Shown here piece by piece: positions 1 through 13,084 of a stretch of DNA of 64,000 bases. The translations under genes and the position numbers were made by a program. A model generated the notes under the pieces. That model did no database searches. It was not told where the DNA came from and saw only the letters and a program-made list of their open reading frames with translations. Every line of letters starts with the position of its first letter. Positions within the stretch are counted from its first letter, which is position 1. The stretch is from Camelus ferus (Eukaryota): positions 114,082,001-114,146,000 of the forward strand of contig NC_045696.1 of the NCBI RefSeq assembly GCF_009834535.1. The letters run 5' to 3'.

Positions 1-469
1 TGCCTTAAATATGTACATAATTTATCTCACCTTATGAGATACTTGTACATTAATATTCTCACTTTATTGATTGTCAATATGTTTTGCAACTGTTTGGTGA
101 GGATGAATGACAGAATCTCCATTTCCTGGGTCTCCATGCTCTTCTCCAAATAAACTACTCTTTTATATACTCTTAGGTGTACATCCTGTCGATTTCTGTT
201 TGTTTACAATGAATAGTTTATTGTAAAGTACTTTGCTATTACAGAAAGTATCCAAGTTGCCTTTTTCAGTCCTGGTCATGGGCAACTGGGGGAGCAGAGA
301 TGCAGCAATGGCAACTTCCAACTTTATGAAAGGGTCAGAAGAGGTTTCACTGCTTAAATGCTGAAACTGTCCTTGCTATACAGGACTTCACTTACCTGTA
401 GCTGTTTTAACTGCTATATACTACTTACTGAATTTAAGAAGGGCATCATAATACAAATCAAAGCTATCC

Positions 470-575
470 TTTTCATTGATGCAAGGAATGTTTATTGACT
501 ACCAGGCACTGTCTAGGTGGCTGGGATATGACATTGGATAAAAGAGAAAAACTGCCTGCCCTCACAGAGCTTTTC
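470..575 (-). mobile_element. L2 3' end fragment
   Basis: 'ttcattgatgcaaggaatgtttattgactaccaggcactgtctagg...ctgccctcacagagctt' resembles the antisense L2 tail. Confidence 0.6.
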
Positions 576-1290
576 CATCCTTGACTCTTCTCTCTATGTT
601 ACACCTTATCTCCAATTCATCAGCAAGCTATCCTGAAAGGATCCCCTACTTCCCTCCTCCCTCCCCACAGCTAATACTCTGGTCCAAGCCACCAGCATCT
701 CTCAATAATAGCCTTTTACCCTATCTTTCTACTTCCAGCTCCACTTCCCTGCACACTCCACCCATCATCCCACACACAACAGTCTGAGTGATCCTTTAAA
801 ACATGCATTAGATTATGTCTCTCCTCTTTTCAAAACCTCCAGTGGCTTCCTGCTGTAGGCCAATAGCCAAAGACCTTACGGTGGCTACGTGTCGCTACAT
901 GATCTACCTGCCACCCCCAGCCAGGTCCCCTCTGACCTCACGTTATACACCTTCACCCCACCCTTTTCTCCCTCCAGCCACACTAGCCTCCTTGCTAATA
1001 TGGAATACACCAAACATTTTTCAAACTTAAGATACCTGACTTAGAGTTTCCTGTGTCTGTAACATTCTTCCCTCCCCCAGCACCTCCTTTTCTCCCTTCT
1101 CTGCTTTAATTTTCTTCTTGATCATCGTAATAAATCGGAAATAATTTTTTTAACTTGTCTATTTTCGTCTTCCCCTTCTCCTCTGCTCTTCCTTCCCTCT
1201 CTCCAAATTTAAGCACTTTGGGAACAGATATTTCACTGGCTGCAGTTCATTGCTATTTATATTCAGTAAATACCGGTTGCGTGAATGAAA
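576..1290 (+). mobile_element. L2 3' region, diverged
   Basis: L2-type phrases 'gtccaagccaccagcatctctc', 'gagtgatcctttaaaacat...aaaacctccagtggcttcc', 'ccagccacactagcctccttg'; ends 'tcagtaaataccggttgcgtgaatgaa'. Confidence 0.7.
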
Positions 1291-1339
1291 TTGACCTCTT
1301 TCAGTTGCTAGCGTGATAGACATTATTCTAATTTCTTCA

Positions 1340-1575
1340 ATAATAATATTAGCACTTAGCCTTAGTGTATTCTTAACTGGTAACAGGCAACATTCTAGCC
1401 CTTTACATATACTAGCTTACAAACACCCCATAAGGTTGGTTTCATTCAGTCAACCCCACTGTACAGATGAGAACATTAAAGGGCAGAGACGTGAAATCAC
1501 TTGTTTGCAGTCACACAGCAGACCTGGGATTTGGAATCAGCAGTTCGGCTCTACAGTCTGTGAACTTCAGAACAC
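1340..1575 (-). mobile_element. MIR SINE
   Basis: Antisense MIR core 'ccccactgtacagatgagaacattaaagggcagagacgtgaaatcacttg...gtcacacagc'. Confidence 0.7.
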
Positions 1576-2497
1576 TTCAGCATGAGTCCAGTGTTACAAG
1601 CATAGATTTACTTGATTTTCTCAGTTCCTCTCCCCTGAGATTTAAACTTGGTCTCCAAAACAAACAGCTCACCTTCCTTCTGTTTCCTGCTCTGGTCCGT
1701 CAACATGTCATTGTGAGCTTCCCTCCCTCCCTCCTTCCCTACACTTCTTATTTCTGGGCTTTAATAGAGAGCCTACACTTTACCCCCTCCATCCAGCAGG
1801 TGGGAATGTTTTTGTAGATTTCTTGGAAGTTTTGTTACTGCCAACTTTGTGAGTAGGTAGATTCACAATTAGTTCTCCAGTTTGACAAGAAGTGTGGCAG
1901 AAAAGACCTCCCTGGGGGTACCTGGGCTGGATTTCTACAAAACACATCATTCTGGTAGATCTGCTCTTGTTTAGGCTGCTTCCATTCTTGTGGGGCTCCC
2001 AGTGGCCAGAGGTGGTTAAATATTTGGATTGTACCCCCTGGAGGAAATATTATTAGTTTCAGTTTACCAAAGATTAGGACCCTGAGAGAACAGGTGAAAG
2101 ACAATAACCTTCTGCTTACAGCCTGGCTTGAAAGGATCATTCTGAATGTCTTAGATATTTAAGGACGACACTGGTGTGGGAAAACTGAAGCCCCATTAAA
2201 GCTGAGACCCTAAGACCCCACTACATAGTACAGCACTGATACAGAGGCAGGCACCGGCTGGCTGCTGAGCAAATGTTTGTTGCACAAATGAATGTGTGAC
2301 TGAATTCTTAACAGGGAATGGAAGAGTGCTGAGGACCCATTCCCTGAGTTTCTCACTTGGTCGGGCACTGCCAAATGGGCCACTATGTACAACTGTATAT
2401 GTTGCACACTGCAAAATGTCAGACAGCACCATTCACATAAATGAAGATGCAAACAGAGAAGTCTGGCTGTTCCTCCCATGTCTTACCCCTGCCCAAG

Positions 2498-2987
2498 TAT
2501 GATAGTCAGTCTCAAAGATGGCCCCCAAATCCCTGTCCCCTCTGGTATCCACACCCTTGTGTAGTCACCTCCCACATCATACCAGGATTAGTTGATGTAA
2601 TGCTGAGATGTGATAGTTCGTCACTTCTGAGATTATAAAAATTGTTAGGCCTTCCATCTTGGTTCATTCTCTCTCTCTCTTTTTCTCTCTCATCGCTCAT
2701 TTTGGGGGAAGCCAGCTGCCACATTGTGAGTGGCCCTAGAGAGAGGCCCACGTGGCTAGGAACTGAGGCCTCATCCTGAAGTCCACCGACGAGTGAGCTC
2801 GGAGGCAGATCCTTCTAACTTTAGCCGAGCCTTCAGATGATGCCACGCTGCTCGACATCTGCAGTACATGAAAAACCCTGAACCAGAAACACCCAGTGAA
2901 ACCACTTTTGATCCTTGAGATAATCAATGTTTTTCAGCCACTAATTTTTGAGGGTAATTTGTTGTGCAGCAATAGGTAGTGAACACA
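2498..2987 (+). mobile_element. MaLR solo LTR (MLT1F-like)
   Basis: 'aagatggccccca...gggggaagccagctgccacattgtgag...gaggcccacgtggctaggaactgagg...gagccttcagatga...taatttgttgtgcagcaatag..aca' is typical MLT1. Confidence 0.8.
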
Positions 2988-3489
2988 CATGCTCCCTGCT
3001 CTCTAATGATGACGTTCCCTCCTCGAGTCCTCCGTGTACCAAGAATGCTACAACTGCAGTAGTTCCTGCCTGCGAGGAGTCTCCCTCACTCCTGAAATGA
3101 GCTGTTGCATCTGACATCCCAGACACACGGAGGGGCTTAAGTAGGTGCTGAGATATGGATAAAGAGTCTCAAGAGAGAGCATAGGCCAGGAATGGAAAAA
3201 AAAGAAAAGCAGTTCAGAGTGGCTTTCTTTCAACCTCACAAGAGTAAGAAAGGAAGACTCAGCTCAGCTCGGAGAAAGACTGTCAGAACAAAGGAGCGAA
3301 TGGTGACACCTAAGAGTCAGAGATGTGCTAAGCAATGAGATTATAGACACGATTTCTTTGTTGTGGTTATCATATTGTTATGGGTGCAATAAATAAAGAT
3401 ATTTTAAACTTAAGGAAAGCTCAGAAGGAAACAAAGACAGAAGGAGGGAAACCCTTGCCTTGATCTGCACCTTTCTTGCAGGACAGAGA

Positions 3490-3700
3490 TGTTTTGGAGC
3501 TGGGCTGTCTGGACTCACGATCCTGGTTCTACTTCCTTACTGTGATCATGGGCAAGCTTCTTAACTTCTTACTGACTCAGATTCCTTGTCTACCAATGGG
3601 GCTGATTTTAATGACTAATACTTACACAGTATAAAGGACAAGATTAAACAAGCTAGTATACGTAAGCAATTTAAAGAGAGGTTGAAACAAAACAGGTGTC
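3490..3700 (+). mobile_element. MIR SINE
   Basis: 'ctgtgatcatgggcaagcttcttaacttct...ctcagattccttgtctaccaatgggg'. Confidence 0.6.
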
Positions 3701-4331
3701 ATAGGAGAGGGAGCCTTCCTAGTGGTTTGGTAGGTGGGAGGTCATGTCACTCTGCAGCCTGGGTGCTATTATCTTACTTGAGTTTGCTACTTTTTCTTGC
3801 AAATAGCCTCCCAGGTAGTCACCGCCTCTTGCCTCTCTGCATCCTTTAGTATTTAAAAGCCCCTCCTTTGCTGTGAGCTCTCCAAGGGCAGAGACCATGC
3901 TTAAGTATCTGTGTGTCTACACTTTAGGATAAAGAGTAGGCATCCCATAGAGACAGTCACATTACTGAATATACCTGCTTTTCAACTGCCTTTCTTCAAA
4001 TTACGGAATTTGGGGAGGTAGGTATAAATATTCTGCTATGACTTTCACTTCAACAACAATTTCAAAGAACATATAAGCTCTTTACTATTTGTTATAAATT
4101 CAGAAACTGTATTAATGAATATTTACCTGAGTTTTATGAACCCTCTGGCCCTCTCTGGAGATTCCATTAAGAAAAATTACTGAATCTCCTTATATGTGGC
4201 CAAAATGAAAAAGCTACTATTTGCTGTCTTTAGCTTATTGCTTTTTCTCTTCTACAGTCATCTTTGCACTCCCTTCTATGCTTGTAAGTGCACAGTGTTT
4301 TAATAACAGCTTTATCAAGATGTAATTTACA

Positions 4332-4830
4332 TGTGGTACATATGTACAATGGAACACTACTCAGCCATAAAAAAGAATAAAATAATGCCATTTGCAGCAA
4401 CATGAATGGGCCTGGAGATCGTCATTCTAAGTGAAGTGAGCCAGAAAGAGAAAGAAAAATGCCATAGAATATGACTTATATGTGGAATCTAAAAAAGAAA
4501 TAAGATTTAAAAATAAGGACACAAATGAACTACTTACTATTTATAACTTAGATGATCGATTTCTCGAATATGTGTAAGCACATCTGTCCTTTATGATTGG
4601 ATTACCACATTCTGTTGATTCTTATTTTGTGGTTGGCTTTATTCTTTTTATAACTATGTAAGTTTAAAAAACTAAAACTCTAATCCATTCTTAGAAACAA
4701 TGATCAGTACATATATGTAAAATTTAAAAAATATGTGCGGTAAATTGTATATATGTATCTACATGCAATATAACGTGTATGTGCAGTCAAATTGTAACAG
4801 TTCTATGTGATAAAACTGAAAAAGAAAAAA
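4332..4830 (+). mobile_element. 5'-truncated L1 (ORF2 C-terminus) with atypical 3' tail, inserted in an old antisense L1M end
   Basis: 'tgtggtacatatgtacaatggaacactactcagccataaaaaagaat...tgtggaatctaa'; A-rich end at 4820-4830; degenerate TSD gatgtaatttac / gatataattcac. Confidence 0.8.
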
Positions 4831-5887
4831 GGATATAATTCACCGAGTATGTAATTCACCCATTTAAAATGTATAATTCAATGGTTTTCCATATATTCAC
4901 TTATTCACAGGAGGGCACAATTTTTGTGAATGGAGATTTATCTTACTGGCCTGGCCCCATTCAAGTTGTGTTCTAGAACGGTGGCATATGAGTTGCACCT
5001 TCCAGGACATAGACAAGATGAAGTTAAAGGCGCCACAGATTTATTTATTTATCTAAGAAAGAAAAAGGGAAAAGAAAGCAGAAGGAGGCAGGGAAAACCC
5101 CAGATCCTAGTGCTTCCATCGCGCTTAGTCCTTTGCTGAAATTGCCCAGGGAGCATGTCCTCGGTTCAAAAGGTAAGGTGGGTTCTGAAGGCACTTACAG
5201 CCGGAAGCTCTCAGCTAACTGCACTCCCTGCATCAGATGGGTGAGTTCTTGCTTGAAGAGGGGTCCAAGCCACGCATCTCCATGGTCACAAGCTCCTCCT
5301 GCGTCTCTGTCATCAGAACTGCACATGCGTGGACATAGCTTGGCGCTACACTTCTGTCTGTCCATCCACCTTGGACTTGCCCACCTGGATGACCTCCTGC
5401 ACTCGTGCTACTACTCACCACCTCCACCTAAGTTATGAACTTGTGCTTTCAATCACAGCTGATATCCGGCCCCTAATTCTTCCATTTGCATTTGCTTAAC
5501 AGCTGATGTGTCCCATCCCATGCTGTGCTCAACTTCCATGAGACTGGCCTCAAAGAATCAAAACAAATGTCTGAGCTCTCTGGTGGTTTAGTCACAGTGA
5601 GTAGGGTAGTAGCTTTCTAGTTAATTCCTATCATTTCTCACTCTTTTAAAGGTATGAGAAATGGGCCCACTGAAGGATGCGCTGAAGAATATGTAAGAAT
5701 TCAGAGTCTGCTTTTTTCCCCCTGACATGTTCCCAAACTACATAAGGAGTTATACACCTGTGGGAAAGTTTCGATGGAAGAACTAAACAGTTTTCTCTCT
5801 GCTTGTCCACAGTGAGGGCGGACATCCACCCTCTCCATCTATCCTCAGCATAGCCCTTCCAAGGATGCTCACAGCACACTGCTTCTT

Positions 5888-6175
5888 TTTTTCTTCTTTT
5901 AAATTGAAGTATTGTTGATTTACAATATTGTGTTAGTTTCTCTTTTTGTTTGTTTTTTCTTGGAATCTATTTTTTAATTTCATGTTTTATTGAAGTGTAG
6001 TTGATTTACAATGTTAGTTTCAGGTGTACAGCAAAGTGATTCAGTTATACATATACATATACATACTTTTTTTTCAGATTTTTTTCCATTATAGCTTATT
6101 ATAGGAAATTGAATATAGTTCCTTGTGCTATACAGTAGGTCCTTGTTTTTTTAATCTGTTCTATATATAGTAATG
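5888..6175 (-). mobile_element. Two stacked L1 3'UTR fragments
   Basis: 'attgaagt...gttgatttacaat' occurs twice, followed by 'tcaggtgtacagcaaagtgattcagttatacat...tgtgctatacagtaggtcc'. Confidence 0.85.
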
Positions 6176-6193
6176 ACAACACTCTGCTGCTTT

Positions 6194-6320
6194 CTTTTTT
6201 TCAGGGGAGGAGATAATTAGATTTATTTATTTATTCATTTTTAATGGAGGTACTGGGGGCTGAACCCGGGAGCTCGTGAGTGCTAAACATCCACCATACC
6301 GCTGAGCTATACCCTGCCCT
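6194..6320 (-). mobile_element. tRNA-derived SINE (camelid Vic-1-like)
   Basis: 'ggggaggagataattagatttatttat...ggaggtactgggggctgaacccggg...gctgagctataccctgccc'; 14-bp TSD gcacactgcttctt at 5874-5887 and 6321-6334. Confidence 0.85.
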
Positions 6321-6546
6321 GCACACTGCTTCTTAATCTACGAGTTAGAGGATACGAACTGATACACATGGTACGTGTGTAAATATCTTTAGAAAGTGTA
6401 TATGCAATTTATTCTTAAGTTGACTCTCAAAATTTATAATTAGCATTGAATGAGTAATAAAAATTGTTTTGCAAATACCATTAGCAAGCTGCTGGATACT
6501 TTTTTTTTCTCTGATATATAGACTAAATTTTCATCAGTGAAATCTT

Positions 6547-6831
6547 TTTTTTTCCACATTACATTCAGGTTTTAAAATTTTTCTTTAATTTTAATTTTTA
6601 TTGAAATGTTGATTTACAAGGTTAGTTTCAGGTACACAGCAAAGCAATTCAATTTTACATATACATACTTTTTTTTTTCTTTTCAGATTCTTTTCCATTA
6701 TATGTTGCTACAAGAAATTGAATATAGTTCCCTGTGCTATACAGTAGTAGGTCTTTGTTGTTTATCTTCTTTACATATAGTAATGTATATCTGTTACCCA
6801 AACTCCTAATTTATCCCTCCCCCACCCTATC
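6547..6831 (-). mobile_element. L1 3'UTR fragment
   Basis: Antisense L1 tail; approximate TSD tcagtgaaatctt / tcagtgagatctt. Confidence 0.85.
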
Positions 6832-7789
6832 TCAGTGAGATCTTATGGAAGATGACCAATCACAGAGAAACTGCTAAATTACATGAGTACTTCTTTTAGT
6901 CCTACTATTTAGTAGTATAAACATCACACTGAATTTTTAAAACTTCACCAAATTCATTAAAAAATTTTTAAATTCAGCCAGCCACACCATCTACCCCTTC
7001 CCTTCCCCTTCCATGACACGTGTCTTCATCTGTTACCTTTATTTCCCTCATTCTCTGCTCTCACTCCTCAGTCACAGACTCATGTAAGGGAAAGGGAAGA
7101 AGAAAAAGCCACAGCTTGAGTCTAATCTGTCTGAACCTGGGATTCAGAACGTCAGGCATGTGGCAGGCGTGGTAGATCAAGCCCTTGGGAAGAGGCAGGG
7201 ATACTTACATGAGGGGCCAAGGCGTGTCCTAAGAAGCCCTGACCCTGAAGGAAAAAGAGATTGGAGACTCGGAAGATGGCTTGAGGTCAGTGAGCACGTC
7301 ACTCTGGATAAAGGCAATTTGAAGCAAGACATAAAATCTGTTGCTCTCTGATTATTCCAACTCAGCCCCTGTTGACCTTAAGTCCAAGGGGAGGAAAATA
7401 GTGACAGATATTTGCCCATAAGATCTGTTTGACATTGTGGGATCCTGGCTTGACAACAACTGCACAGGGTAACACCAGAAAAGGGAGGAAGTCAGGTGTT
7501 GCCATGTTGAGTGTTGAGGGAGTCATCAGTACAGAGGAAGCGGGCTTGGCACGGGGGTGCAACTCTTACCCCGGGAGGCATGGTACAGTGCTGTATGGGG
7601 CCATCAGTGATGGACAGCAAATTACCTCTGGGATTTCATAGGCTTTGGAGGCTTCAGGAAATGTCACCACTCAAGGGATCCAGAGGTAGAGACTTCTGTA
7701 TTATGGGCACAAGTGGAACCACATCTAATAATGCCCAGAGGTGATGGGATGGGGGACTCTCAAGGAGTTCACCGCTCTTGGTAGTAGTG

Positions 7790-8230
7790 GAAAGGATTTT
7801 TCAGGATGTCCAATCCAACCACTACCTTATGTAGAAATTCTCTCAAAATAATTTGCTTGAATGCCTCCAGTGGTGGGACCTCTTGCGTTCCCTGATAGCC
7901 AATTCCATCTTTGCATAGTTTGACTTTCTTCACCCTTAAATTGCTTCCCAGTCCTTTTCTCGTTATGCTCCTGGGGCTACAGAGTCATGCTAACAGCTCT
8001 TCTGCAGGAAAGCGCTTTCATTATTTAAAGGAAATATCCCCCTTTTCTTCATTTGTCCCTCATGTGACATGGCTTTGTGTTCCTCAACTACTTAAGTCAC
8101 TCTCTTCCAAATGCACCCTAATTTGTCTATGTTTCTGTTAAAATGCATTGTCAGGAACGGAATACAATGTTCCAGGAGGAGTCGGCTTAGTTGAGAGCAG
8201 AAGGAAGCCATTCATCACCTGTTATCTCCA
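7790..8230 (-). mobile_element. Ancient L3/CR1-like fragment
   Basis: 'tgcttgaatgcctccagtggtgggacctc...gccaattccatc' resembles the L3 3' region. Confidence 0.45.
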
Positions 8231-9071
8231 TTCCAAGACTCTCTGATTCCAAACTCCTAAATGTAATATAAATCCCCATGCTGCCTGAGGATATTTCTCT
8301 TTTAACTAAGCACTAGTTTAGGGTCAAAGAATTGAAAGAATTTTTTTTCCAGGAAACTCACAGCCCAGGGGACAATCTTGACATATCAATCCAGTACATT
8401 CTAAATCTTTCTCCCTCCAATTAGCATGCACCCACCATTCCTCAGGCCTATAGAAAATAAGGTTGTCAGCATTCAAGAATAGCCCTAAATTTTACCTCTT
8501 TTAGAAACACTTGGTTGATTCTCTTAGAAATAGGTATTTAGGAGGAAAACCAAAAGGACTGATGGCAGGACAGAGTTGTGTACTTTTATCCCAAATATAG
8601 GGGGGTATATCCCCCATGGAAGAATCCAGGCGAATATTTAATTTGTTTTGGAAATTCTATCATACTTCCGTTTTGGTAGGAAAAACTATAAATTGATATC
8701 TTTTGAAAATTGTCAACTTGAGCTTCATTTACAGAGGGTACACAGAATATTGTTATTTTCTTTTCGTTATGAATTTGCTTTTGCTGGCAAGGAAACTTTG
8801 TTCTATAAATACATTTACATCTAGAACATTTTCTGGCAGAGCCATGAATAATTAATCCAAGCATGGTTGACCACACGGGGCAACTTTATTACACTTACAC
8901 TGTTAATGCTTTGTGGATGAAACTTTTCCCTCTCCACATCACAGATTCAATGTTCCCAACCTTTCCCATATTTTTATGTTTTTATTTCTAACCACTGAGT
9001 TATATGTAAACACACCCTTATTTGTGCCATGTTTTGAAACACCAAGTGGTTTCACACTTCTTTATCTTTAC

Positions 9072-10338
9072 ATATTATTCCTGAATGCTATTGCTGCGGA
9101 ACAAATCACTCCAAAAGCTGATAAACAACAACAGTCATTTCTTTTGCTCGCAGGTCTGAAAGTAAGCCAGGGCTTGGTGGGATGGCTAATCTCTGCTCCA
9201 CCCAGTGTCACCGGGAGCAGCTTGACCGAAGGCTGGAAACCCGCTGTCTCGATGGTTCAGTCACATGCCTGGCAAGGTGGTGTTGGCTGTTGACTAGTTG
9301 CCCAACAGGACTCCTGGGTGGGGACCTCTGTTCCTCCCCATCAAGACTTTCCACAGGCTTCTTGGCTTCCTCACAGCATGGTGGCTTGGTTCCAAATGCA
9401 AGCAGCCCAAGAAAACCAAACAAAAACAACGTACTCTTTTTATTTTTATTTTTCATTTTTTAAACATTTTTTATTCAGTTATAGTCATTTTACAATGTTG
9501 TGTCAAATTCCAGTGTAGAGCACAATTTTTCAATTATACATGAACATACATATATTCATTGTCACATTTTTTTCTCTGTGAGCTACCATAGATATTGTAT
9601 ATATTTCCCTGTGCTGTACAGTATAATCTTGTTATACATTTTGAAATCCAAGTCTGTCCCTTCCCACCCTCCACCCCCTTGGCAACCACAAGTTTGTATT
9701 CTATGTCTATGAGTCCGTTTCTGTTTTGTATTTATGTTTTGTTTTTTGTTTGTTTGTTTGTTTGTTTGTTTGTTTTTAGATTCCACATATGAGCGATCTC
9801 ATTTGGTATTTTTCTTTCTCTTTCTGGCTTACTTCACTTAGAATGACATTCTCCAGGAACATCCATGTTGCTGCAGATGGCATTATGTTGTCAGTTTTTA
9901 TGGCTGAATAGTATTCCAGTGTATAAATATACCACATCTTCTTTATCCAGTCATCTGTTGATGGACATTTAGGCTGTTTCCATGTCTTGGGTATTGTAAA
10001 TAGTGCTGCTATGAACATTGGGGTGCAGGTGTCATTTTGAAGCAGGGTGCCTTCTGGATAATATGCTGAGGAGCGGGATTCCTGAGTCATATGTTAAGTC
10101 TATTCTTAGTCTTTTGAGGAGTCTCCATACTGAAAAACAACCTACTCTTTTTTAATCTAACTTCGTAAGTCGCATCATGTCATTTCTTCACATTGTATTG
10201 GTGGAAGCCCATCATAAATCTACCCTCATTCAAAGAGAAGGGAACTAAACCTCTTGCTAGGGGTGTGGAAATTTCTAGAAGGTTTTATGGGACCAGAGAT
10301 ATTGCTGTGGCCCTCTTGGGAAAATACAATCTGTCACA
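9072..10338 (-). mobile_element. MaLR solo LTR (MLT1 family), split by a young L1
   Basis: 'ctattgctgcggaacaaatcactccaaa...ggcttcctcacagcatggtggct' resumes after 10133 with 'aagtcgcatcatgtcatttcttcacattgtattgg...aatctgtcaca'. Confidence 0.75.
9441..10132 (-). mobile_element. Young 5'-truncated L1 (ORF2 C-terminus plus 3'UTR)
   Basis: ORF 9776-10090 encodes DTCTPMFIAALFTIPKTWKQPKCPSTDDWIKKMWYIYT...ILSEVSQ; TSD aaaaacaac(g/c)tactctttt at 9422-9440 and 10133-10151. Confidence 0.95.
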
Positions 10339-10689
10339 GATATCTCATTCCCTTTGCCTCGCATCCCCTTCCCTCTTTGTTCTCTGTGAAACCCACTTCC
10401 TCCCTCAAGGTTCTGCTCAGATACTACTCACCTCTGCTGTGTCGCCGATCTGCCCGTTGTGCAATGTCTTGCAATTATTTATGCACATCTCACTAGCCCA
10501 GTAGACCATGAACTCATGAACAAGCTCTGTGAACACCGTTCGTTGGGTCACTGTTAGTCATCACCCAGTCGGAGGTGATGAAGGCTTGATAGTTCCAAAC
10601 AACATTTCACTCCTAGAGTTGGCACTCCTATTCCACAATGAGTTCTGCCCTTAGAGCCAGTTCAGTGGGGCCTCTGATGGGGCCTGGGA

Positions 10690-10841
10690 TCCAAGTGTGG
10701 TCCACAGGCCAGCAACAGAGCATCACATGGAGGCTCATGGGAAAGACAGACCATCATGCCTTACCTCAGACCTACCAAACCTACATTTGAACAAGATCCC
10801 TGGTGATCTGTTTGATATTAAAGTTTGAGAAGCATTGCTTT
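10690..10841. mobile_element. MER5-type hAT-Charlie MITE
   Basis: 'caagtgtggtccacaggccagca...catttgaacaagatccctggtgat...taaagtttgagaagcattgct'. Confidence 0.7.
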
Positions 10842-11284
10842 ACCAGCTCCCTTCAGAGTGCTCAGTGCGGCTGAGGGCATGTGCCCAACTGGATCTCACA
10901 TCTCTGCTCCCAGACCATGCCTCTAGTGAACAGATCTGTGGAATTCTCTGCCCAAGTGGCTCAGAAAGAGCTTTTTCCAAGCAGTTGCTTGATCCTCTGC
11001 CCTGGGTCTGTGCTCCTAAAAGGGAGTTTTGTTTCTAGTGTGCACACTCTAGGTTGAAGGGATGACCATCATGGGCAATTTCTGATGGGATTGGGGGAAT
11101 AGGTTGGAAGTTATACCCATGGGCAAGGACACACACACACACACCCATACACCCATGAAGCCCCTCACAGTGTAAGAGCCAGTACCTGGAAGGAGAAGAG
11201 AACAGACTGTGGCCGTCATCCATCCATCCTCCTTGTACCCTTGAATAAGCTAACAGGGATACTCACTTTTCCAGCCTCTCTAGT

Positions 11285-12150
11285 GGGATTTTGATAGGGA
11301 TTACTCTGAATTTAGAGATCAATATGAAAAGAATAGCTATCTTAACAGTACAGTGTTTAGCCTTCTAATCCATCAACATGAAATGTCTGTCCATTTATTT
11401 AGTCCTTCTTTAATATTTTTCAATGATGTGTTATGGTTTTTAGGGCACAAGTCTTGCCTTTCTTCCGTTAAATTTATTCCTGAATATTTTTACTCTCTTT
11501 GCTGTTCTTATGAAGAAATTGTTTTCTTTTTTTCTTTTATTAAAAAATTTTTTTATTGAGGTATAGTCTGTTTGCAATGTTGTGTCAATTTTTAGTGTAC
11601 AGCACAATGCTTCAGTCAGACATGAACATACATATATTCATCAAAGGGATTGTTTTCTTAATTCCAACTTCTGATTGTTTGTTGCTGACATATAGAGATA
11701 CTACTAATTTTTGTTTATTGCTCTCGTAATCTTGTTAGTTCTGGTAAAACTGGGGCGTATTCTTTGGATTTTCATAGAGGATCAGGCCATCTGTGAATAA
11801 AGATCAGTTTACTTCTTTTTTCTGATTTGGATGGCCCTAATTTAAAAAGAAAAAATTTTATTGCACTAGTTACAGAAACTTTAGTGCAAGGTCAAAGTAA
11901 ATTGGCAAAAGCAGACATCCCTGCCTTGTGTATGATCTAAGAAGGAAAGCATTCAGCAATTCTAGCACTAAGTGTGATGTTAGCTGTGGGTTTTTTATAG
12001 CTGCCCTTTATCAGATTGAGGAAGTTCTATTCTTAGTTTCAGAGTTTTTATTATGAATGAATGTTGGATTTTTTTCAAATGCCTTTTCTGTATCTATTGT
12101 GATGATCATGTGGTTTTTGTCTTTTATTCTACTAGTCTAACACATCCTAA
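11285..12150 (-). mobile_element. Old L1M ORF2 remnant containing a ~115-bp younger L1 tail (about 11530-11645)
   Basis: 'gggattttgatagggatt...tccatttatttagtccttc', 'agtgtgatgttagctgtgggttttttatag'; inner TSD attgttttctt. Confidence 0.8.
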
Positions 12151-12677
12151 TTCTTTCTTTTTTTTTTTTCATTTAATATGTGCCTTCAGGAATGTTTAGG
12201 GCTTCCTGAAGTTCAAAGCCAAAAGCTGTTAAAGTTTCACTTCCTCTGTTTGTCTTGGAGGCCACTAATTGTCTGCCCTGAAATAAAATAATCTAACTGT
12301 CAAAAGTTACTGCCAGCCTTCTGCTGGGATGAGTCTAGTTTCTCTTCCCTCTCTTAAGTGTTAAGTTAGCTCAGGTCTTTGTTGAAATATTCTAAAAAGA
12401 ATTAGACTTCCAAGAACAAATGGGTATAAACTGATACAAAATTTAAACTCTGTTGGGTAACACTTACCCTCACAGTACCTCCTTCTCTACCAGTGCTTTT
12501 GCAAATCCCCTGAGGGCAAAAGGAAAGTAAGTCTCCAGAGACTGCTTACCTAGAAAACAGTTGTAGAAATAGAGTTGAGGACTGGCGGACAGAAATGATG
12601 CTGTAAAGATAAGGATTCTGGAAAGAATGTGGTTGGGTGAGCACTTTAATGAATGAAACTCAGATTCTTCATCCTGA

Positions 12678-12904
12678 TAACAGCCAACATTTACTAAAGT
12701 CTCACTCTGTATTTGGACTATTCCAACTGTTTTAATGGTCTCACTTAGCTCACTATGAGCTAAGCATGGCCTCTTTTTACAGCAGAGGAAACTCAGCCAC
12801 AGTTCAGTTGAGCATCTTGTCCAGTGTCATGCATTTAGAGCCTGTGTATGAATGAACCCAGGCTGTGAGTTTCCAGTCTATCTGTCTAATCGCTGTGTTA
12901 TGCC
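12678..12904 (-). mobile_element. MIR SINE
   Basis: 'ttttacagcagaggaaactcagcc...cttgtccagtgtcatgca...tgaacccaggctgtga'. Confidence 0.6.
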
Positions 12905-13084
12905 AAAACAAAGCAGGGACTAGTTTAATACTAGGTTCCAGTACTTTGTAGCTTATATGGGGTAAACTTCCATCCCCCATGTACAGAAGACTCCACCTTT
13001 TACCTCTAAGTCTGATACCTACCGTCAGAATTGATCCCTTGAGTTCAGTATTGGAAATACTGTGCATGTGTGTGAGTGTGTAAT

